From contig CASETG010000017.1 of assembly GCA_949290765.1 (NCBI GenBank), positions 1 to 62,901 of the forward strand: 62,901 nt of DNA, given 5' to 3'. Made by a program: the position numbers and the translations under genes. The notes beneath the pieces are model-generated. The model made no database searches. It was not told the origin of the DNA and saw only the letters and a program-made list of their open reading frames with translations. This DNA comes from Oxalobacter formigenes (GTDB taxonomy: Bacteria > Pseudomonadota > Gammaproteobacteria > Burkholderiales > Burkholderiaceae_D). Below, piece by piece: positions 57,761 to 62,901 of the stretch; position 1 is the first letter of the stretch, and each line of letters opens with the position of its first letter.

Positions 57761-59053
57761 TTATGACGCTGATTCCGTCTTGTATGATTTCAGCGCACGC
57801 CACCCAATATCATGTCTGTATTGTACGCCCTCGAAATAAATGGACTCAACTGTATCATAAACATTTTTTTGTGCCATACGCATGGTATCGGCCAAACCGA
57901 CAACACACAGAACCCGTCCACCGGAGGTCAGCAATTTGCCTTCATTGTCCAGCCGGGTTCCCGCATGAAATACGATGCAGTTTTCGGATTCGCCCGGAAT
58001 GCCGGAAATGACGGCACCCTTTTGCGGATTTTCCGGATAACCTGCCGCCGCCATCACGACGCCGAGCGCGACGCGACGGTCCCATTCCAGCTCGATGGTA
58101 TCGAGCGTACCGTTGACGGCATGTTCCAGCACGAAGGCCAGATCGCTTTTGAGGCGCGACATGATCGGCTGTGTTTCAGGATCGCCCATGCGGCAGTTGA
58201 ATTCCAGCGTTTTGGGATTGCCGTCCTTGTCGATCATCAAACCGGCGTACAGAAAACCCGAATAGGGAATGCCGTCCTTGCGCATGCCGTTGACGGTCGG
58301 GATGATGATTTCCCTGAGAATACGTGCGTGCAGCGCCGGTGTGACGATGGGGGCAGGCGAAAAAGCGCCCATGCCACCGGTATTGGGCCCCTCGTCATGG
58401 TCTTTGAGCCGTTTGTGATCCTGACTGGTCGCCAGCGGCAAGACGTTTTTGCCGTCCACCAGCACGATGAAACTGGCTTCCTCGCCTTCCAGAAATTCCT
58501 CGATGACGACTCGCGCACCGGCGTCACCGAAGCGGTTGTCGGAGAGCATCATGTTGACGGCTTCGTGGGCCTGTTGCAACGTCGTGGCGACGATTACGCC
58601 TTTTCCTGCTGCCAGTCCATCGGCCTTGATGACGATGGGGGCGCCCTGTTCATCGATATAGCGGTGCGCCTCGTCAGGATCGGTAAAGGTTCGGTAACGT
58701 GCCGTCGGAATACCATGGCGAGCCATAAAGGATTTCGCGAAGTCCTTGGAACTTTCCAGTTGCGCGGCTTCCCGTGTCGGGCCGAAAATTTTCAGTCCGC
58801 GTTCGCGGAACAGGTTGACGATACCGGCTGCCAGCGGCGCTTCCGGACCGACGACGGTCAGAGTGATACGGTTGGCTGCGGCAAAATCGGCCAGTTCGGC
58901 GGGGTCGGTAATGGCGACGTTTTCGAGCCGCGAATCGAGTGCGGTTCCACCGTTTCCGGGGGCGACATATACCTTTCCTACCCTGACGGATTGTGCCAGT
59001 TTCCATGCCAGTGCATGTTCACGACCACCCGAACCGATAACAAGAATGTTCAT
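57761..59053 (-). CDS. purD: Phosphoribosylamine-glycine ligase
   Basis: MNILVIGSGGREHAL start, KADGLAAGKGV and GPNTGGMG motifs. Confidence 0.98.
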   Translation of the reverse strand: MNILVIGSGGREHALAWKLAQSVRVGKVYVAPGNGGTALDSRLENVAITDPAELADFAAANRITLTVVGPEAPLAAGIVNLFRERGLKIFGPTREAAQLESSKDFAKSFMARHGIPTARYRTFTDPDEAHRYIDEQGAPIVIKADGLAAGKGVIVATTLQQAHEAVNMMLSDNRFGDAGARVVIEEFLEGEEASFIVLVDGKNVLPLATSQDHKRLKDHDEGPNTGGMGAFSPAPIVTPALHARILREIIIPTVNGMRKDGIPYSGFLYAGLMIDKDGNPKTLEFNCRMGDPETQPIMSRLKSDLAFVLEHAVNGTLDTIELEWDRRVALGVVMAAAGYPENPQKGAVISGIPGESENCIVFHAGTRLDNEGKLLTSGGRVLCVVGLADTMRMAQKNVYDTVESIYFEGVQYRHDIGWRALKSYKTESAS

Positions 59054-59110
59054 CAAATCGAAAGCCTTCAAAAATTGGTCTGACATTGTTGGGACGGCAT
59101 TGCGGCCGTC

Positions 59111-59836
59111 TTATTCTTCGATGACTGCGTTCGTATAGACTTCCTGCACATCGTCGAGATTTTCCAGCGCATCCAGAAGTTTCTGCATTTTTTCGGCTTC
59201 GGCGCCGGTAAATTCGGTTTCGGAATTCGGGCGCATGACGATTTCCGCCATTTCCGGTTTGAAACCGGCTTTTTCAAGAGCTTCCTTGACCTGCGCGAAA
59301 TCAGCCGGAGCGCAAATGACTTCGAAACCGCCTTCCTCATCGCTGATGACGTCTTCCGCACCTGCTTCCAGCGCGGCTTCCATCAGGGCGTCTTCATCCG
59401 TTCCGGGTGCGAAAAACAGCTGGCCGCAGTGCTTGAACTGGAAGGAAACGGAGCCTTCCGTTCCCATGTTGCCGCCGAATTTCGAGAAAGCGTGACGGAC
59501 TTCCGATACGGTTCTGACGCGGTTGTCTGTCAGGCAGTCCACGATGATGGCGGCGCCGTTGATGCCGTAGCCTTCATAACGGACTTCTTCATAATTGACG
59601 CCGTCAAGCGTACCGGTGCCGCGTGCGATGGCACGCTGGACGTTTTCCTTCGGCATGTTGGCGGCAGCTGCCTTGTCGGCAGCCAGACGCAGACGGGGAT
59701 TGCTGTTGACGTCACCGCCGCCCATACGTGCGGCAACGGTGATTTCCTTGATCAGTCGCGTCCAAATCTTGCCGCGTTTGGCGTCAGTGGCTGCTTTTTT
59801 GTGTTTGATATTGGCCCATTTGCTATGTCCGGACAT
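59111..59836 (-). CDS. yebC: YebC/PmpR family protein
   Basis: [14 protein letters not shown] start, YEGYG and DDVQEVYTN motifs. Confidence 0.96.
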   Translation of the reverse strand: MSGHSKWANIKHKKAATDAKRGKIWTRLIKEITVAARMGGGDVNSNPRLRLAADKAAAANMPKENVQRAIARGTGTLDGVNYEEVRYEGYGINGAAIIVDCLTDNRVRTVSEVRHAFSKFGGNMGTEGSVSFQFKHCGQLFFAPGTDEDALMEAALEAGAEDVISDEEGGFEVICAPADFAQVKEALEKAGFKPEMAEIVMRPNSETEFTGAEAEKMQKLLDALENLDDVQEVYTNAVIEE

Positions 59837-60037
59837 GGTGTTCTTTCCATCAAAGGTTATCTGAATCAATACGGGATTTTACCATACTGGATGAGGCTGA
59901 AAAAATCTCGTTTCCCGCCATTTTTCCGAAATTCGTTCCGGCGGATGGCGCACGACGGGTTTACGGCGCAATTTCCGCTTGTCGCGAGCCCAGGACGGCA
60001 TCCATAATGGTGGCAGGACACATTTCGGAGCAGGAAG

Positions 60038-61051
60038 ATGCAGACAGAACGGCCGGATACGAAATATCGCTTCCCGTGCCTGATCGGCGATGTGGGCGGA
60101 ACCAATGCGCGCTTTGCCATCGAGACCGCGGCAGGGCGTTTCGAGGCGGCAGCGGTATTGCAAAACCGTGATTTTCCGGATTTCGAAAGCGCCTTGCGCC
60201 ATTATCTGCAACGTTCCGAATCGCGTGCGGCCGGTTCGACCTCGGCTCAAAGCGCGGCGATCGCCATCGCCAATCCGCTTGATGGCGATAAAGTGAAAAT
60301 GACCAATTCGGGCTGGGCTTTTTCGATTGAAGCCGTCAGAAAAACTTTCGGTTTCAGGATATTGCGTTTTTTCAACGACTTCACGGCTCTGGCCATGGCC
60401 ATTCCGTTCATGCCGCCGCAGGCGTTGATACAGTGCGGCGGTGATGTGCCGTACAAGGACAAGTCATCCGGCCTGATCGGCCCGGGTACGGGACTGGGGG
60501 TATCGGGACTGGTTCCATGGGGAGAGCATTTCATCCCGCTGGAAGCAGAGGGGGGACATGTTTCGTTTTCGCCGTTTGACGAACTGGAAATGGAAATTTT
60601 TGCGTTGGCGAAAAAACGTTATGACCATGTATCGGCCGAGCGGCTGATTTCCGGCCCCGGTATGGAATGGCTGTACAGGCTTCTGGCTGAAATCGGCGGG
60701 GAAACGGCAGAGCCGCTGACAGCGCCTGAAATCACGGAAATGGCGTTGAAACAGCCCGGTTCGCTGAGTGACAGGACTGTCGAGGTATTTTGCCGGATGC
60801 TGGGAACCGTGGCCGGCAATCTGGCGCTGACGCTCGGTGCACGGGGCGGTATTTATATCGGAGGCGGTATTGTGCCGCGTATCGTGAAACGTTTTGAACA
60901 ATCCGGATTCAGGGAGCGTTTCGAGGCGAAGGGACGTTTTTCGGAATATGTTTCGCGGATTCCTGTTTTCGTGCTGATGGATACTTTTGCGGCATTCAAG
61001 GGGGTTTCTGCGATGATGGAGCGGTGTTTTCAGACGGAACCGTTCATTTGA
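60038..61051 (+). CDS. glk: Glucokinase
   Basis: [33 protein letters not shown] and KGRF motifs. Confidence 0.93.
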   Translation: MQTERPDTKYRFPCLIGDVGGTNARFAIETAAGRFEAAAVLQNRDFPDFESALRHYLQRSESRAAGSTSAQSAAIAIANPLDGDKVKMTNSGWAFSIEAVRKTFGFRILRFFNDFTALAMAIPFMPPQALIQCGGDVPYKDKSSGLIGPGTGLGVSGLVPWGEHFIPLEAEGGHVSFSPFDELEMEIFALAKKRYDHVSAERLISGPGMEWLYRLLAEIGGETAEPLTAPEITEMALKQPGSLSDRTVEVFCRMLGTVAGNLALTLGARGGIYIGGGIVPRIVKRFEQSGFRERFEAKGRFSEYVSRIPVFVLMDTFAAFKGVSAMMERCFQTEPFI

Positions 61052-61964
61052 GTCCCCTAGGAAGCGGAAAAACCAGCGTTTCTTCCATGCCCTGCAATTC
61101 GGAGACGGATTCAGCGCCTTCGCGTTTGAGTCGGGCGATGACTTCCTGCACCAGAATTTCCGGTGCGGATGCGCCGGCGGTGATGCCGATGGTCTCATGT
61201 CCTTTCAGCCAGGCCGAATCGATTTGCGAGGCATTGTCCACCATGTAGGCGGTGGCACCGTTTTTTTCCGCCATTTCGCGCAGCCGGTTGGAATTGGAGC
61301 TGTTCGGGCTGCCAACGACGATGATCAGGCTGGCTTTCCCGGCCAGTTCGCGAACAGCCGTCTGGCGGTTGGTCGTCGCATAACAGATATCCGCTTTTTT
61401 GGGTTCGGCAATGTCGGGAAAACGTTTTTTCAACTCCGAAATGATGGTTGCCGTATCGTCGACGGACAGGGTGGTCTGCGAGACATAGGCCAGTTTTTCA
61501 GGTCGTGTTATTTCCAGTTTGTCGATATCTTCCAGATCGCTTATCAGGTGCATGCCGGTATCCGATTGTCCGAGCGTGCCCTCCACTTCGGGATGTCCCT
61601 TGTGTCCGATTACGATGATGTCTCGCTGGTTTTTGCGTTGTTTGGCGACTTCGACATGCACCTTCGTGACCAGGGGACAGGTGGCATCGAACAGCCTGAA
61701 GCCGCGTTTTTCGGCTTCTTCGCGGATGGCGCGCGATACGCCATGCGCCGAGAAAATCAGGATACTGCCAGGCGGGACTTCGTCGAGTTCCTCGATGAAA
61801 ACGGCGCCTTTTTCGCGAAGCCTGTTGACCACATGGGTGTTGTGGACGATTTCATGACGGACATAAACCGGTTTTCCGAAACGTGCCAGAGCGCGTTCGA
61901 CGGTTTCGATGGCACGTTTGACGCCTGCACAAAAGCCTCGTGGCTGAGCCAGAATGATTTTCAT
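61044..61964 (-). CDS. ispH: 4-hydroxy-3-methylbut-2-enyl diphosphate reductase
   Basis: [22 protein letters not shown] and TAGASAP motifs. Confidence 0.98.
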   Translation of the reverse strand: MKIILAQPRGFCAGVKRAIETVERALARFGKPVYVRHEIVHNTHVVNRLREKGAVFIEELDEVPPGSILIFSAHGVSRAIREEAEKRGFRLFDATCPLVTKVHVEVAKQRKNQRDIIVIGHKGHPEVEGTLGQSDTGMHLISDLEDIDKLEITRPEKLAYVSQTTLSVDDTATIISELKKRFPDIAEPKKADICYATTNRQTAVRELAGKASLIIVVGSPNSSNSNRLREMAEKNGATAYMVDNASQIDSAWLKGHETIGITAGASAPEILVQEVIARLKREGAESVSELQGMEETLVFPLPRGLK

Positions 61965-62100
61965 GAGAATCGGTGAACAAGAAGTGACAGGAAAGCCGTT
62001 TTTGTACGGCGTGATAATTTAAACTAGAATTCAGGCCGGATGGTGTGAACCGGTGACTGTTTTTTCTATATTATCAGATAGACCGAGGGGAATTCAGACG

Positions 62101-62775
62101 ATGGCGATAACAGATTGGCCGGCACATGAAAGACCGAGAGAACGTTTGATAAAGGGAGGGCCGGCGCAGCTTTCCGATGCGGAGTTGCTGGCCATTTTTC
62201 TGAGAACGGGCGTCAATGGCAAAAGTGCCGTGGATCTCGGACGGGAAATCATGATGCATTTCGGTTCGCTGTCAGGGTTGTTTGCCGCACGCCTTGAGGA
62301 TTTTTCGGCATTGAGTGGTATCGGTCCCGCAAAATATGCACAGCTTCAGGCCATTATGGAGCTGGCCAGACGCTTGCTGGCCGAAGATATGCAAAAGGGC
62401 GTTGCACTTACGGCATCCGACAAGGTGAAGGATTATCTCAGGCTGTATTTCAGTCGCCAGTCCCATGAATCGTTTGTCGTCCTGTTTCTGGATGTCGGCA
62501 ACAAGTTGATTGCGTGCACGGAAATGTTTCGCGGGACGCTCTCGCATACCAGTGTGTATCCGAGGGAAGTGGTCAAGGCTGCTCTGGCATGCAATGCAGC
62601 CAGTGTCATTTTCGCGCACAATCATCCGTCAGGAACCGCAAAACCGAGCCAGGCCGACAAAACCCTGACCCATTTGCTCAGACAGGCGCTCGGTCTTGTG
62701 GATATCCGGGTGCTGGATCATGTCATTGTCGCAGGCAATGAAACGTTTTCCTTTGCGGAACGTGGCCTGATGTAA
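62101..62775 (+). CDS. radC: RadC/JAB-domain protein (UPF0758)
   Basis: ERPRERL, LSDAELLA and AHNHPSG..PS..D motifs; start moved to ATG 62101. Confidence 0.95.
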   Translation: MAITDWPAHERPRERLIKGGPAQLSDAELLAIFLRTGVNGKSAVDLGREIMMHFGSLSGLFAARLEDFSALSGIGPAKYAQLQAIMELARRLLAEDMQKGVALTASDKVKDYLRLYFSRQSHESFVVLFLDVGNKLIACTEMFRGTLSHTSVYPREVVKAALACNAASVIFAHNHPSGTAKPSQADKTLTHLLRQALGLVDIRVLDHVIVAGNETFSFAERGLM

Positions 62776-62901
62776 TGCTGCCGTTTCTTTACGGAATGAG
62801 CGGCGCGAGTCCGTTTCCGGCGGATGAAAGATAAGCGGGATATGTCGCTTATCCGTCGCGTTCGCCGTATGGTCCGGAGGGCTTGTCCATGTGGAAGCGG
62901 G

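Noticed and set aside
62830-62853. GATAAGCG/CGCTTATC hairpin after radC
   Set aside because: No T-tract and no second copy seen in the window; too weak to call a terminator or REP element.

Overview
Chromosomal window from a betaproteobacterium of the Oxalobacteraceae, most likely an Oxalobacter-like gut anaerobe (inferred from gene order and gene losses, not from a database search). About 50 kb is conserved housekeeping backbone: fabF-rpoE-degP, ndk-rlmN-rodZ-ispG-hisS-yfgM-bamB-der-hfq-hflXKC-hisZ-purA, pbpG, smc-zipA-ligA-galU-def, glnD-map, rhlE-dnaE-waaF-glycosyltransferases, rng-maf-rlmH-rsfS-nadD-purD-yebC, glk, ispH and radC. An accessory block of about 12.7 kb (33.0-45.7 kb) follows tRNA-Ser(CGA). 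It holds (i) a non-coding cluster of DnaA boxes plus a consensus IHF site, arranged like a DARS/datA element; (ii) a self-contained 10-gene operon (DUF364, P-loop NTPase, TonB-dependent receptor, FecCD-type ABC importer, short ExbB/ExbD/TonB, MOSC protein) with a sigma70 promoter overlapped by a ModE/LacI-like palindrome and a terminator-like leader hairpin; and (iii) DUF389 and Bacteroidales-like symporter genes. The operon is the best candidate for an undescribed system, possibly molybdenum/Moco or other trace-metal scavenging. Several conserved operons lack expected members (rseA/rseB, pilW, yjeT, hemF, fkpB). No CRISPR array, rRNA, integrase or transposase was seen.
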